Virus record (IMG/VR): IMGVR_UViG_3300044701_002494
Span: 1 to 64,000 of that record
Reading direction: 5' to 3' (one strand)
Source of the DNA: a virus
Length of the DNA stretch: 64,000 nt
A program made the position numbers and the translations under genes. Shown in pieces: positions 13,881 through 24,378 of this stretch. Under the pieces are notes generated by a model that searched no databases, had not been told where the DNA came from, and saw nothing but the letters and a program-made list of their open reading frames with translations. Position 1 is the stretch's first letter. Every line of letters begins with the position of its first letter.

Positions 13881-15024
13881 CTTGCTTAATCCCACCTACT
13901 ATGTAGGACTCAACTTCCGTTTCCTGGGGTGCCACTTGAAGTCCTTTAGAAGAAATCCAATGATCCGTCCAAGGAAGTGGATTATTCTTCGCAGGAATAT
14001 CATAAAGTGGGCGAAGACCAATTGCCTTCATTCTACGATTTGCAATCCATTCAACATATTGCTGAAGAAGTTTATCATTCAGTCCAATCATTGATCCATC
14101 TTTAAATAGATACTCTGCCCAAAGTTTTTCCTGATTGACTGCAGTTTCAAAAGTCTTGTAAACCCATTGCTCTTCTTCTTTAGAAATCTTTGCCATCTCA
14201 GGGTCATCACCTTCTTTCCACTTATTCAGGATATTTTGAGTGATGACCAAGTGCTGATTCTCATCTCTAGCAATCAGAGAGATGATTTTTGCACTTCCTT
14301 CCATAAGTTTGAGTTCGCCAAAAGCAAAACTGCAAGCGAAACTGACATAAAAGCGAATACCTTCAAGAATATTAACGTTTGCAACTGCTCGGAACAGTTT
14401 ACGTTTGAGTTCATATCTTGCCTCTTGTGCATAAGGGACTTGTTCTAATGCATGAACCCACTCATTTGAATTGTCATAACGATGAGCACTATTGATGAAG
14501 TCGTTGTATGCCTGAGTTACACTCACGGCACGTTCTAAAATACGGTCATCTCTGAGAATAGTATCAAAAACTTCAGATGGGTCTGAATAAACGTTTTTGA
14601 TGATATATGTGTATGAGCGACTATGAATCATCTCCATAAATTCCCATACCTTCATACACGCTTCCAGTTCGGGAAGGGAGCAGTATGGAGAAAATGCCAT
14701 ACCGGGACCTCTTCCCTGAACAGAATCCAACATAACCTGATATTTTAGGTTGCTGGTAAAGATATGTTTTTGCTCTGGGCGTAGCATATGATAGTCGCTA
14801 CGATCTTTTTGAAGAGAAACCTCTTCTGGTCTCCAGAAATAACCAAGTTGCTGTGTTGTTAGTTTATCGAAGATTGGATATTTGTAAGAATCATATCTTT
14901 GAATTCCTAATGGTTGTCCAAAAAACATTGGTTGCTTTTTAGTGTCTACTTCTTTGGAATTAAAAACGGTCATAGAATCAACCATTTTCTTATCCTGTGA
15001 ATTGGTTTTGAAACTAAATGTCAT
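13843..15024 (-). CDS. nrdB: Ribonucleotide reductase class Ia beta subunit
   Basis: FWRPEEV, EMIHSRSY, LEGIRFYVSF, RDENQH, QVAPQETEVESY. Confidence 0.97.
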   Translation of the reverse strand: MTFSFKTNSQDKKMVDSMTVFNSKEVDTKKQPMFFGQPLGIQRYDSYKYPIFDKLTTQQLGYFWRPEEVSLQKDRSDYHMLRPEQKHIFTSNLKYQVMLDSVQGRGPGMAFSPYCSLPELEACMKVWEFMEMIHSRSYTYIIKNVYSDPSEVFDTILRDDRILERAVSVTQAYNDFINSAHRYDNSNEWVHALEQVPYAQEARYELKRKLFRAVANVNILEGIRFYVSFACSFAFGELKLMEGSAKIISLIARDENQHLVITQNILNKWKEGDDPEMAKISKEEEQWVYKTFETAVNQEKLWAEYLFKDGSMIGLNDKLLQQYVEWIANRRMKAIGLRPLYDIPAKNNPLPWTDHWISSKGLQVAPQETEVESYIVGGIKQDVTKDTFSGFQL

Positions 15025-15066
15025 AATTTTTCTACTAAACTATCTCAACTGTTATATTTAACGGGA

Positions 15067-17367
15067 TTAGATTTTGCAACTTTCACAGTCGTCCTCTTCG
15101 GCACTCATAATATCATCAAGAAGAGATTCAAGTTTTTGCTTTTTCTCTTCAACGACTTCATCAGTTTTATTATCATAAGTATTTTGATAGTATGCTGTTT
15201 TCCATCCCATCTTCCAGCACATAAGAAGGTCCTGCGCCATTACTGAAGTCGGGACTTCATTATCTGGATAATTTTCTGGATTATAAGACCAGTTTCCAGA
15301 AATTGCTTGGTCAAAGAACTTTTGCATTACAGCAACCACATTGATATAACCACGATTGCTAGGCATATCCCACAGAAGCGTATAATTGTTCTTAAGTGTT
15401 TGATACTGGGGAACAATCTGCTTAAGTGGTCCTTTCTTCGATTTTTTAATGGACAAGTATCCTCTAGGTGGTTCGATTCCATTAGTTGCATTTGACACAA
15501 CGGAACTGCTCTCCGAAGGCATCTGTGCGGACAGTGTTGAGTTCCTAACTCCGTACTGTTTAACCAATACTCTAAGTGCTTCCCAATCATACTTCAATTC
15601 GTTTGGTACAATTTCATCAACATCCTTTTTGTATGTATCGATTGGGAGAATACCCTGAGCATACTTAGTGCGATGCGAATATTCACAGGCACCTTTCTCT
15701 TTCGCAAGATTTACGGTTGCTTGAATCAGGTAATATTGAAATGCCTCAGTAAGATTATGGACTAGTTTCCAAGCACCAGGATCATCATAATGCTCACCAT
15801 GCTTAGCAAGATAGTGAGCAAGACCAATATAACCTACACCAAGCGAACGGCGTGCTCTGGTGGCAATTTCTGCTGCTTTAACTGGGTATCCTTGAAAATC
15901 AATGAGTTCATCAAGAGAGCGAACAGAAAGATCGCAGAGAACTTCAAGATCTTCAAGGTCTCTGAGTTTTCCGACATTAATTGCACTAAGGATGCACAAA
16001 GCGATTTCACCATCAGTATCATCAATGTGCTGAAGTGGTTTAGTTGGCAAAGTAATCTCTTGGCAGAGGTTACTCATTTCAACCTTATCAAGGAATGATG
16101 AGTGAGAATTGCAGTGGTCGATATTCATAATATAAAGACGACCAGTTTCTGCTCGTTCTTTCAGGAGATCCAGAAAGAGTTCTTGAGCACCGATAGTTTT
16201 TCTTGGAATAGACTCATCTCGTTCATAACGAACATATAAGTCGTCAAATCCATCAGTGCCAAAAGCATCATACAGACCAGGAACGGAGTGGGGAGAGAAG
16301 AGAGAAATTTCTTCGTTACGGATGAATCGTTCATAGAAGAGTTTAGAGATTTGGATAGAATAGTCTAACTTACGAACGCGATTATCTTCGGTTCCTTTGT
16401 TGTTTTTTAATACTAGGATATCTTCTATTTCTTGGTGCCAGATTGGGAAGTGGACTGTCGCGGATCCACCTCGTATGCCATTTTGCGTGCAACATCTGAC
16501 AGTTGCTTCAAACTTCTTGAGAAATGGTACAACACCCGTGTGTTGAACTTCTCCACCTCTGATTTTGCTGTTGATGCCACGGATTCGACCAGCGTTGATG
16601 CCGATTCCCGCCCTCTGTGCAACGTATCTGCCAATAGCCATATCACTAGTAAAGATACTATCGAGGGTGTCATCAACATCAACAAGAACACAACTAGCAT
16701 ATTGTCTAAGCGGTGTTCGCACTCCTGCCATGATTGGTGTTGGAATGTTGATTTTGTGTTTGGAGATTGCGTCATAATACCTCTTAACGTAATCTAGGCG
16801 TGTTTCCTTTGGATATTTTGAGAAAATAGTTGCAGCAATCAATAAGTACATGAACTGTGGTGTTTCATAAAGTTCTCCAGTACTTCTATCTTGCACTAGG
16901 TACTTATCAACGACTTGACGTAGACCTGCATAAGTGAACATATAATCACGACTATGATCAATGAACGACTCAAGTTTATCAAACTCTTCGTCAGTATACA
17001 TGTCAAGAATTTCTGAATCATAGACACCTCTACCAACGGCAAGAAGTACATGCTGCTTAACAGTAGGACAATCGTGCATACGACCAAACAACTGCTTGCG
17101 AAGAGCGAAAAGAAGCAAGCGAGCAGCGACGAACTGATAGTTGGGATGCTCCAAATCAATAAGATCAGAAGCAGAACGAATTAAAATCTCCTGAATTTCT
17201 GCAGTTGTAATACCATCATAAAATTGGATACCTGATTGCATCTCTACTTGAGATGCCGATACACCTGCCAAGTCTTTGCAGGATTCTTCCACCATAACGT
17301 GGAGTTTATTTAGATCGAGGGGTTCAGTTTTACCATTTCGTTTAATAACTTTTGTTCCGTTACTCAT
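15067..17367 (-). CDS. nrdA: Ribonucleotide reductase class Ia alpha subunit
   Basis: ATP cone, TPIMAGVRT, SNLCQEI, C-terminal CESC. Confidence 0.97.
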   Translation of the reverse strand: MSNGTKVIKRNGKTEPLDLNKLHVMVEESCKDLAGVSASQVEMQSGIQFYDGITTAEIQEILIRSASDLIDLEHPNYQFVAARLLLFALRKQLFGRMHDCPTVKQHVLLAVGRGVYDSEILDMYTDEEFDKLESFIDHSRDYMFTYAGLRQVVDKYLVQDRSTGELYETPQFMYLLIAATIFSKYPKETRLDYVKRYYDAISKHKINIPTPIMAGVRTPLRQYASCVLVDVDDTLDSIFTSDMAIGRYVAQRAGIGINAGRIRGINSKIRGGEVQHTGVVPFLKKFEATVRCCTQNGIRGGSATVHFPIWHQEIEDILVLKNNKGTEDNRVRKLDYSIQISKLFYERFIRNEEISLFSPHSVPGLYDAFGTDGFDDLYVRYERDESIPRKTIGAQELFLDLLKERAETGRLYIMNIDHCNSHSSFLDKVEMSNLCQEITLPTKPLQHIDDTDGEIALCILSAINVGKLRDLEDLEVLCDLSVRSLDELIDFQGYPVKAAEIATRARRSLGVGYIGLAHYLAKHGEHYDDPGAWKLVHNLTEAFQYYLIQATVNLAKEKGACEYSHRTKYAQGILPIDTYKKDVDEIVPNELKYDWEALRVLVKQYGVRNSTLSAQMPSESSSVVSNATNGIEPPRGYLSIKKSKKGPLKQIVPQYQTLKNNYTLLWDMPSNRGYINVVAVMQKFFDQAISGNWSYNPENYPDNEVPTSVMAQDLLMCWKMGWKTAYYQNTYDNKTDEVVEEKKQKLESLLDDIMSAEEDDCESCKI

Positions 17368-18335
17368 ACTTTTTTCCAATTGTTAAACTTAATTTTTGCT
17401 TTTAAACCTGAATAGATATTTGATTGTAACACATCCATAACATTAAGTCCAGAGAGCACCATATCATTAATATCTTTTTGCTCAATGAATGATGGCCAAA
17501 TAATCACCTTATCACCTCTGTTGATTGTTTTTGATATTCGATTGACGATTTCTCGATTACGTGGTTCGTTATCAAAAACGTAAATATAATCGCTCCAACC
17601 AAACGACCTAATATCAACATCGGACCCACACATAGCAACAGCATTTTGTACAAACGTGGAGTCGAAGGGTCCTTCAACGATGTAAATGGATTTCGAAGTA
17701 TCGATTTGGTCCAACCCATAAATCTTCGGTGCGTCATCAGAAAGCATCACAGTAATATATTTAACAGAATTTGGACCTAATGCTCTTCCTTGAAACCCGA
17801 TTAAGTTTGAGTCAGTATCGTACATTGGTATAATAATGCGACTCTCATCTCTATCAATATTATCAAAAGTGTGTTTTTGAGTATTAGTCCACTCTTTAAA
17901 TTTATCAGCAAAGTAAAACTTTTCTGGATTCAGTTTCCTTTTTTCCAGGTATTCTCTAGCAGCAGGATTTTTAGATGCCTTTACCAAATCTAACTTCCTC
18001 TTGAAAGTTGGTTTGGTAAATTCAAACTTCGGTTCTTCCACTACAAAGTTTTTACCTGTATGTCCTTCCTTAAATTTCTCCAGAGTATATTGCTTATGAA
18101 GAACTGGATCTAATTCTTTAAGGAAGTTATTGAAAGATAAACTAGCACCACAGTTATGACACTTGAAGTTGGTGTTATTCTTGACAGGATAGATATATCC
18201 TCTTGTTTTATTTTTATTTTTTTGAGAGTCACCACATAGTGGACATCGGAAGTTGTAGAGATCTGCCTTGACTCTCTTGAATTTTTGTAGTCGTGATGAA
18301 ACGAGTCCAATATACTTGGAGTCAATCAAATCCAT
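17364..18335 (-). CDS. gp61: DNA primase (T4 gp61)
   Basis: RCPLCGDS...CHNC zinc finger, VEGPFDS TOPRIM, KDINDM. Confidence 0.93.
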   Translation of the reverse strand: MDLIDSKYIGLVSSRLQKFKRVKADLYNFRCPLCGDSQKNKNKTRGYIYPVKNNTNFKCHNCGASLSFNNFLKELDPVLHKQYTLEKFKEGHTGKNFVVEEPKFEFTKPTFKRKLDLVKASKNPAAREYLEKRKLNPEKFYFADKFKEWTNTQKHTFDNIDRDESRIIIPMYDTDSNLIGFQGRALGPNSVKYITVMLSDDAPKIYGLDQIDTSKSIYIVEGPFDSTFVQNAVAMCGSDVDIRSFGWSDYIYVFDNEPRNREIVNRISKTINRGDKVIIWPSFIEQKDINDMVLSGLNVMDVLQSNIYSGLKAKIKFNNWKKV

Positions 18336-18348
18336 TCTAAAGAGTTTA

Positions 18349-18735
18349 TTAGTTCGTTCTCTCTATTGTAGCAGGAGTTGGAGATGGAGTCAATAACCTT
18401 GGAACAAATGCGTTTATGATACCAATTAAAGCGACTATGACAGCAAGAACTCCACCTGCTTGCCAACGAAACTTATATAATCCATCAACCTTTAATTCAA
18501 TATTATCAACTTTTTTACAAATATCTTCATCTGCTTTCGCTTGAACACTTATTCTTTCATCATGAACAGCAAGCATTTTGCAAATATTTTGGTTTGTTTC
18601 ACTCAAAGTTTGAATAGCAGTATCAACTTTATCAATAATTTGTTCGTGTGCTTTAAATCGTTCTTGGAGTACAGCTAATTGAATTTGAGAATTATTGCCA
18701 AACATCTTTATATCTGCGGAGGGTTTCTCATCCAA
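18349..18735 (-). CDS. Coiled-coil protein with C-terminal TM helix
   Basis: Heptad pattern, MLAVHDERI, hydrophobic C-terminus; start uncertain. Confidence 0.7.
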   Translation of the reverse strand: MDEKPSADIKMFGNNSQIQLAVLQERFKAHEQIIDKVDTAIQTLSETNQNICKMLAVHDERISVQAKADEDICKKVDNIELKVDGLYKFRWQAGGVLAVIVALIGIINAFVPRLLTPSPTPATIERTN

Positions 18736-18917
18736 CGTTTTCTAGATCCTATACCAAGATATATATTTTTTTTCTTTTTCTTAAAAACTGGTGGTGTTTC
18801 GGTTTGCGGATCAAACCCCAATCCTGCAGCATTTGCAACATTAATTGGTCCAGAAGAAATAACACCTTCTTCTTTCAAATTCCGAATAAGTTGAATTAAT
18901 TTATCTAATTTATCCAT
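18708..18917 (-). CDS. Small basic hypothetical protein
   Basis: TAATG coupling at 18917. Confidence 0.6.
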   Translation of the reverse strand: MDKLDKLIQLIRNLKEEGVISSGPINVANAAGLGFDPQTETPPVFKKKKKNIYLGIGSRKRWMRNPPQI

Positions 18918-19288
18918 TAAATTGATTGCAACTGCATTAGGCATTGTTTATCTTCCAAAATATCATGAATTTGAGTTTTTGGATATTCTGGAAGACGATT
19001 TAAAAATATTAAAAAACTTTTTACAGATGGCCACAAATCCTTTTCAAGATTGTAAAAAAGTAAAGGAACTGTGGCATCATTAAAAACATTAAAGAGTATA
19101 ATTAAATGATTTAAAATTAAATGGGTTTTCAGTTCACCTGTATTTTTATATCTTTTTAATAATTTTTTAACATAACGAATTCTTTTCAAATCAACCTCAA
19201 AGTCATCCATTGTCAATGCTTGAGGATTATCATAGAATTTTATAGCAAATAACAAATAGTTATCTTCATTCAACTCATCAAATCTCAT
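18917..19288 (-). CDS. Conserved T4-like phage hypothetical protein
   Basis: MRFDELNEDNYLLFAIKFYDNPQ...HLILNHLIILFNVF. Confidence 0.75.
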   Translation of the reverse strand: MRFDELNEDNYLLFAIKFYDNPQALTMDDFEVDLKRIRYVKKLLKRYKNTGELKTHLILNHLIILFNVFNDATVPLLFYNLEKDLWPSVKSFLIFLNRLPEYPKTQIHDILEDKQCLMQLQSI

Positions 19289-19297
19289 ATCATATTA

Positions 19298-20068
19298 TCA
19301 GCTATCTGGGAATCTTGCGTCGTCACTAGCATCGGTTGTTGTTGAAATTCCACCGGCAACCAATACTTCACTCTTTACTCTCAGATTTCCATGAGTATCA
19401 ATATAAGTCATAATTCCTACCCATCCACTGTGAGCGACAGCATATTTAGTTGTTCTAGCAACACCAACTTCAATTTGGTCTACACCAAAAACATCTCTAA
19501 AATACCCATCTGTCCTTCTTGTAAATTGAACAGTATCTCCAGTAGCAATACCGACAGAAATTGTTGAGGCAAGACTTACGGTAGTTGCACCAATTGTCGA
19601 AATAACAAGATTGCTTCCACCATTTACAATTGCATCTCCTACAATTACATCTTTAGTTCCAATAACAACTGGAATAATATTAGTACCAATACCAGCATTA
19701 GTGGTAGCAGTTCCAGTTACTCCCAAATTAGCAAATGATGAACTAACATCATTTCTATTATTAAAAGTACTATCAAATAAAGTGTAAATTGGTTGTTGAT
19801 TGATATTATATACTGCTGCAGGAATGGTAGAGATTGCAACAAATGTTTCAGTACTAGCAATTGAAATTGTAGTAGATGTGAATCCAGTAATAACAGCCTG
19901 ACCGTAAGTTCCACCAGTTCCTACAGTTATAATATCTCCAGTTTTAATTCCAGCACTGGTAAAATTTGCAGAAATTGGACCTGGATCGGCAGTTACTGTC
20001 TTAGTTCCCAGATTAACGGAAACTAATCCCATTGAATAAACCGAATCGTTATTGCCCCAAAGAGCCAT
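19298..20068 (-). CDS. Putative virion structural protein
   Basis: MALWG N-terminus, HSGWV...RVKSEVLVA C-terminus; late promoter 20100-20107. Confidence 0.7.
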   Translation of the reverse strand: MALWGNNDSVYSMGLVSVNLGTKTVTADPGPISANFTSAGIKTGDIITVGTGGTYGQAVITGFTSTTISIASTETFVAISTIPAAVYNINQQPIYTLFDSTFNNRNDVSSSFANLGVTGTATTNAGIGTNIIPVVIGTKDVIVGDAIVNGGSNLVISTIGATTVSLASTISVGIATGDTVQFTRRTDGYFRDVFGVDQIEVGVARTTKYAVAHSGWVGIMTYIDTHGNLRVKSEVLVAGGISTTTDASDDARFPDS

Positions 20069-20121
20069 GTTCCCTTACCTATAAATTCTTTTCTAGAGAT
20101 ATTTATAAAAAAAAGAGACCT

Positions 20122-20286
20122 TTACTTTTTAGTCTCCTTTCGTAACACAATTTTTAGAAAATGTGTAATGAGGTCAAGCAATCCATTCTCTTCAAATCTT
20201 TTTGTTTTTGCTAACCACTCAGATGCAGTTAGTAATAGACCAAGAGCAATGGTTACTCCCCAGTTAGTTGCAAAACACGTAATCAT
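20122..20286 (-). CDS. 54-aa membrane peptide (MITCFATNWGVTIALGLLLTASEWLAKTKRFEENG...)
   Basis: Hand translation; ATGA overlap. Confidence 0.6.
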   Translation of the reverse strand: MITCFATNWGVTIALGLLLTASEWLAKTKRFEENGLLDLITHFLKIVLRKETKK

Positions 20287-20456
20287 ACTTGTGGTTTAAA
20301 GAGAAGTTCTTTAACAACCTTAAGAATTTCATTATCAATACTGTTATCTGTAGAATCTACATACTTCTCAAGAAGAGAAATAACAAGATTCTTAACTGCT
20401 GGATGTGTAGCAATATGTAGAAGAATTGGCTTTACAACTGTTACTACTGCTCCCAT
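20283..20456 (-). CDS. 57-aa hypothetical (MGAVTVVKPILLHIATHPAVKNLVISLLEKYVDSTDNSIDN...)
   Basis: Hand translation; GGAGG Shine-Dalgarno. Confidence 0.65.
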   Translation of the reverse strand: MGAVVTVVKPILLHIATHPAVKNLVISLLEKYVDSTDNSIDNEILKVVKELLFKPQV

Positions 20457-20495
20457 GATGTCCTCCGTGTGAAGAGTATCCTGGGATATTTAGTG

Positions 20496-21974
20496 TCAGT
20501 CAAACCTTGAACTTTGCATATCCTGCGATCTTTGAGCAGCAGCACGTCGAGCAGCAACTTTTTGAGCAGGGGATCTTGGTCCACCATATTCACCAGCAGT
20601 GGGTGGTTTTTTGCCAGGAACTTTTTTACGCTGCCCTTCTGGTTTACCTTGCATTCCACGAATGGTTTTCTTTACTGCACGATATGCTAAATCCGAACTT
20701 CCACCACTTTCTTTACCCTGCTCCCTTTCAAGACGATTTAACTCGTCAAGTTGGTCGCCATCTGGTTCATAAGAAGATGCCATAACAATAGGATTTTTAG
20801 CACCCATTGCCCTTAATTTATTCTTCACTAAATTTATTTTAGCATAATCGCCACGAGTGTCTCTTTCATTTTCTTTATCACTACCTTTATCATCACAACC
20901 ACATTCTGCTGCCTCTCCCACATTTTCAGGAAGACCTTTGTGCTTTGTTTTAGCAAATTTCTTTGCTTCTTTTTTAGTTATACCCTTTGCAGCTGCTGCC
21001 ACCTCAGGAGATGCTGGATCTTCACCTTTCTTAGCAGCATAAACCATTCCCATAAAACGTTGCTGAGCCTTACTTACCGCCTTTTCAACAATAACTTTAC
21101 CTTCCAATTCAGTATGTGCTACCTGAAGACCTGGATATCTTTTTGAACTTCCACTACCAGGAATTTCGGGAGCAATAACTATTTTATTTTTTCCCTTCAT
21201 AGGTTTAATTTGAGAATTATTTGAATCCTCCGTTTTGACCTCACCAATAAATTCCTCACCTAATCCTTTTCTTTTTGCAATTTCAGAACCACGAACCTTT
21301 CTACGATTTAATAGATACTTATCAGTTTTATCATGATCACCATCATTATCAATATCCTTATCTTCTTTTCCTACTGGGTCTAATGATTTTCCTGCCTTTG
21401 CTCTTGCAGTCATTTCACCCTTGTTTTTTTCACCTTCATAAGGTTCGCCATATCCAGTCATTTCAACAGACTCAATGTTTGGATTTGCACGAAGAGAGCT
21501 AATTTTATCACGGGTTGCATATCTTACATATGATCTACCACTCTTATCAACGACCTTAACTTTATACTTTCTATGCTCTGCAGTTTCTAACTTTTCCATA
21601 TAAGTTAGACGGATTGGTTCTTCAACCTTAATATTTTCTACAAAAACTTTATATAATGCATTTGCTAAATTATCAGAAGCAAAATCTCCAATATTAAAAT
21701 CTTCCGCTTGCATTCCACCCTTACCAAAAAGTTTTGCCTTTACCATTGTTTTTTCCTGTCCACTCATACTACTGTTTTGCATATATTGAGAATACGCTTG
21801 GCGAAGAGGGATTTCTTCTCTTCTTGCCCTATAACGAATGTCATAAATTGCTTGCTTTACTCTTTTTTCGGGAGACTTCCCACCTTCTTCATGACCAAGT
21901 TTTCCACCTTTAGAAGCATCTGCAGCTTGTGGGAACTTTCTTGCAGGAAGTTCCTCAGCAATATGTTTTTTCAT
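20496..21974 (-). CDS. Multi-module basic protein, putative internal head protein
   Basis: DIDNDGDHDKTD Ca-loop-like motif; AVSKAQQRFMGMV...TKHKGLP module; YEPDG/TELEG spacers. Confidence 0.7.
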   Translation of the reverse strand: MKKHIAEELPARKFPQAADASKGGKLGHEEGGKSPEKRVKQAIYDIRYRARREEIPLRQAYSQYMQNSSMSGQEKTMVKAKLFGKGGMQAEDFNIGDFASDNLANALYKVFVENIKVEEPIRLTYMEKLETAEHRKYKVKVVDKSGRSYVRYATRDKISSLRANPNIESVEMTGYGEPYEGEKNKGEMTARAKAGKSLDPVGKEDKDIDNDGDHDKTDKYLLNRRKVRGSEIAKRKGLGEEFIGEVKTEDSNNSQIKPMKGKNKIVIAPEIPGSGSSKRYPGLQVAHTELEGKVIVEKAVSKAQQRFMGMVYAAKKGEDPASPEVAAAAKGITKKEAKKFAKTKHKGLPENVGEAAECGCDDKGSDKENERDTRGDYAKINLVKNKLRAMGAKNPIVMASSYEPDGDQLDELNRLEREQGKESGGSSDLAYRAVKKTIRGMQGKPEGQRKKVPGKKPPTAGEYGGPRSPAQKVAARRAAAQRSQDMQSSRFD

Positions 21975-21982
21975 GAGAAAAT

Positions 21983-23290
21983 TTACTTTTTACTCTTTTT
22001 TCTATACTTATTTATGAATTTTATACCATACGCTATAGCGCCTGGTTGAAGATTTTTACTACCAACACCAATTGCTCCAGGAGTCATGTCTGAAAAATGT
22101 TTAAATGCCCCTAAAGTTCCCACTAAAGTATTTGGATGAATAGCATCTCGCATTCTTCTATCCATTCTAACTTCACTATATTCTCTCAAATCTTTAATCC
22201 AAGATTTAAACATTTGCCCAGACTCAGTTACACATATAAGATAATTTGTTCCTCTACGAATAATATTACCAACCAATCCGGTATTTAAATTTTCAACTTT
22301 TTCACCAATTCTAAAAATTGATTCTGCAAGATAATTTTCTCGAAGATTTTGATAATCAAATTTGGGAGCAATTTCCCATAAATTCCAACCTTCTTTAATA
22401 CTCATCGAACCACGAAGAATATCAAATAATTCTTTTGCTTCTGAACGTTTTACTTCTGGAGGAAGACCAGATCTAAAAGTTTTAAAGTCATTCTCTGCTG
22501 CAGCAAGCCTCATTCTTGAAGCAGACATTCCTTCTACGCCAGTCGCATCAGGGTCTCTGTCTCCTGCAGAAACTACTTCAATATTATCAAACTGATACAA
22601 CTTTCCATTATAGTTGTTAGAAAGTTTTTCAAACTCTTTAACTCTGTCAGCACCGCCAATAATTCTTACATTTGTATATCCATCATTGTGTGCCATTCTT
22701 AAGACATCAAAGATGGTTTTAGTATTAGGATCATTTACAATATTACCAGAGTGAGAGGGATAAAACCTCTGCATATATGCAATCTTAGTATCAGGGTCTA
22801 ATGGATTCTTTTTCTTATCTTGACTTCTTGATGGGAATATTAAATATTGACCATCCTCATCTTGTGATGCTGATTGTGCAGCAACATCCATCAGTTGCTG
22901 GTGTCCAATTGTAGGTGGATTAAATCTACCAAAAGCAATAGTCAATGTGCCTTTAGTTTTTTCAACAGGTGGAGGTCCTACTTGTTGAGGAGGTTCTTGT
23001 GCTGCTGCTTGCTGCTCTGGTGCAGGTGCCTGTTGTTGTGTCGCTTGCTGTTTTAACTCTGGATCATTATATCCAGGAGAAGCGATAGTTTTTTCCTTTT
23101 CAGTCTGCTTTGGATCTTTTGCACCAACTCTTTGACGCTTATTGTAAAACTTTAATTTCCCACCTTCCGTTTTAGCAACAAACTCACCTTGACGATCATA
23201 CCAACCACCGTGCCCATCACCAACGAGTCCAAGACGCTGTGCTTGTTGGGATGCAGACGCTTCTGTTAGGAATTGGAAAAAACTTTTCAT
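21983..23290 (-). CDS. Cytidylyltransferase-family (HxGH) nucleotidyltransferase with capsid-targeting-like leader
   Basis: FGRFNPPTIGH, GADRV, GMSASRMR; N-terminus MKSFFQFLTE. Confidence 0.85.
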   Translation of the reverse strand: MKSFFQFLTEASASQQAQRLGLVGDGHGGWYDRQGEFVAKTEGGKLKFYNKRQRVGAKDPKQTEKEKTIASPGYNDPELKQQATQQQAPAPEQQAAAQEPPQQVGPPPVEKTKGTLTIAFGRFNPPTIGHQQLMDVAAQSASQDEDGQYLIFPSRSQDKKKNPLDPDTKIAYMQRFYPSHSGNIVNDPNTKTIFDVLRMAHNDGYTNVRIIGGADRVKEFEKLSNNYNGKLYQFDNIEVVSAGDRDPDATGVEGMSASRMRLAAAENDFKTFRSGLPPEVKRSEAKELFDILRGSMSIKEGWNLWEIAPKFDYQNLRENYLAESIFRIGEKVENLNTGLVGNIIRRGTNYLICVTESGQMFKSWIKDLREYSEVRMDRRMRDAIHPNTLVGTLGAFKHFSDMTPGAIGVGSKNLQPGAIAYGIKFINKYRKKSKK

Positions 23291-23339
23291 TATTTACTTT
23301 AAATTATTTCGCTTAATGCTCTTATATAATGTATTTATT

Positions 23340-24263
23340 CTAAACAAATCTTGAGACAGTTCTTCCTCCAATAGGATTGATTGTAATCCTAGCACCCTTT
23401 ATTCCATGATCACTCCTATCTCCTTTATATACTGCTAAAAAAATAGGTTCATAAGATCCAGTTATCCTATCACCATTATAGAGTTTGTGTCCAGAAGAAG
23501 TTAATTCATAATATGTCCCCCTTGACTGTATATCTAAAATTCCTTGCATAGTGACATCTACATTGTTTTCACTATAAGGACCACCATAGTCCTTACCATA
23601 AACTGCTAGTTTTTTTAGATTTTCATCTTGAATTTTTCTCCCAACTGTTGTTGTTGGTGGCATACCATTAGGAAACATATCCCTTAGAGTGTTTATAAAT
23701 GCTTGAGTTTCTGGATGTTCATATATTGTAGGCTCTACTCTTTGAGAAGTTCCAGACCATTGCTGAAATCCTCGTGGACCTTGTCCAGCTTTATGAGAAA
23801 CGTGACCAACATAACCTCCCATACCCAAAAAATGAAAATCACATTTTGGGGTTCCTGGCGTACTCTCACAAAGACCAGTTTGATATGTATTTTTTCCCAC
23901 TTTTAATGGTATAAAATCTTTACCCAACTTATCCATTATTTTTTTTAATTTCTCATTTATTCTTATAACTTCAGCATCTTCTTTTGCAGTAGTTGCTTGC
24001 GTCCTTCCGGAAAACTCAGAGTCTTTATACAATTCAGTCAATCTTATATTTTGCCCATTTTCGGTCAATAAAATTATCGACTGCCCCTGTTTAAATTTAT
24101 TAAAATTCGATATAGAAGTTAAATCTTTTAAAATATTTTTATTTAATTTAACACCTTGCCCGTTACCATTGTCTATCTTAAATTCTTTACCATTACGAAT
24201 TCTAGATATAAAAATATTAAAATTATTCCTCTTCGCAAGTTCAGATATTGATAGAGAAGCCAT
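23340..24263 (-). CDS. Hypothetical protein, possible PD-(D/E)xK nuclease fold
   Basis: E...PKCD...SHK arrangement; weak support. Confidence 0.55.
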   Translation of the reverse strand: MASLSISELAKRNNFNIFISRIRNGKEFKIDNGNGQGVKLNKNILKDLTSISNFNKFKQGQSIILLTENGQNIRLTELYKDSEFSGRTQATTAKEDAEVIRINEKLKKIMDKLGKDFIPLKVGKNTYQTGLCESTPGTPKCDFHFLGMGGYVGHVSHKAGQGPRGFQQWSGTSQRVEPTIYEHPETQAFINTLRDMFPNGMPPTTTVGRKIQDENLKKLAVYGKDYGGPYSENNVDVTMQGILDIQSRGTYYELTSSGHKLYNGDRITGSYEPIFLAVYKGDRSDHGIKGARITINPIGGRTVSRFV

Positions 24264-24282
24264 TTTTTATTTTTATTTAGAA

Positions 24283-24355
24283 TGGAAGCATCGAGTCTCG
24301 AACTCGAAACCTCTTGAATGCAAATCAAGTGCTCTACCAATTGAGCTATGCCCCA
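24283..24355 (-). tRNA. tRNA-Ala(UGC)
   Basis: Anticodon arm CTTGA-TTTGCAT-TCAAG, G3:U70 pair, T arm TCGAG-TTCGAGA-CTCGA. Confidence 0.85.
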
Positions 24356-24378
24356 AAAACCCCCGAAGGGTTTAATAT

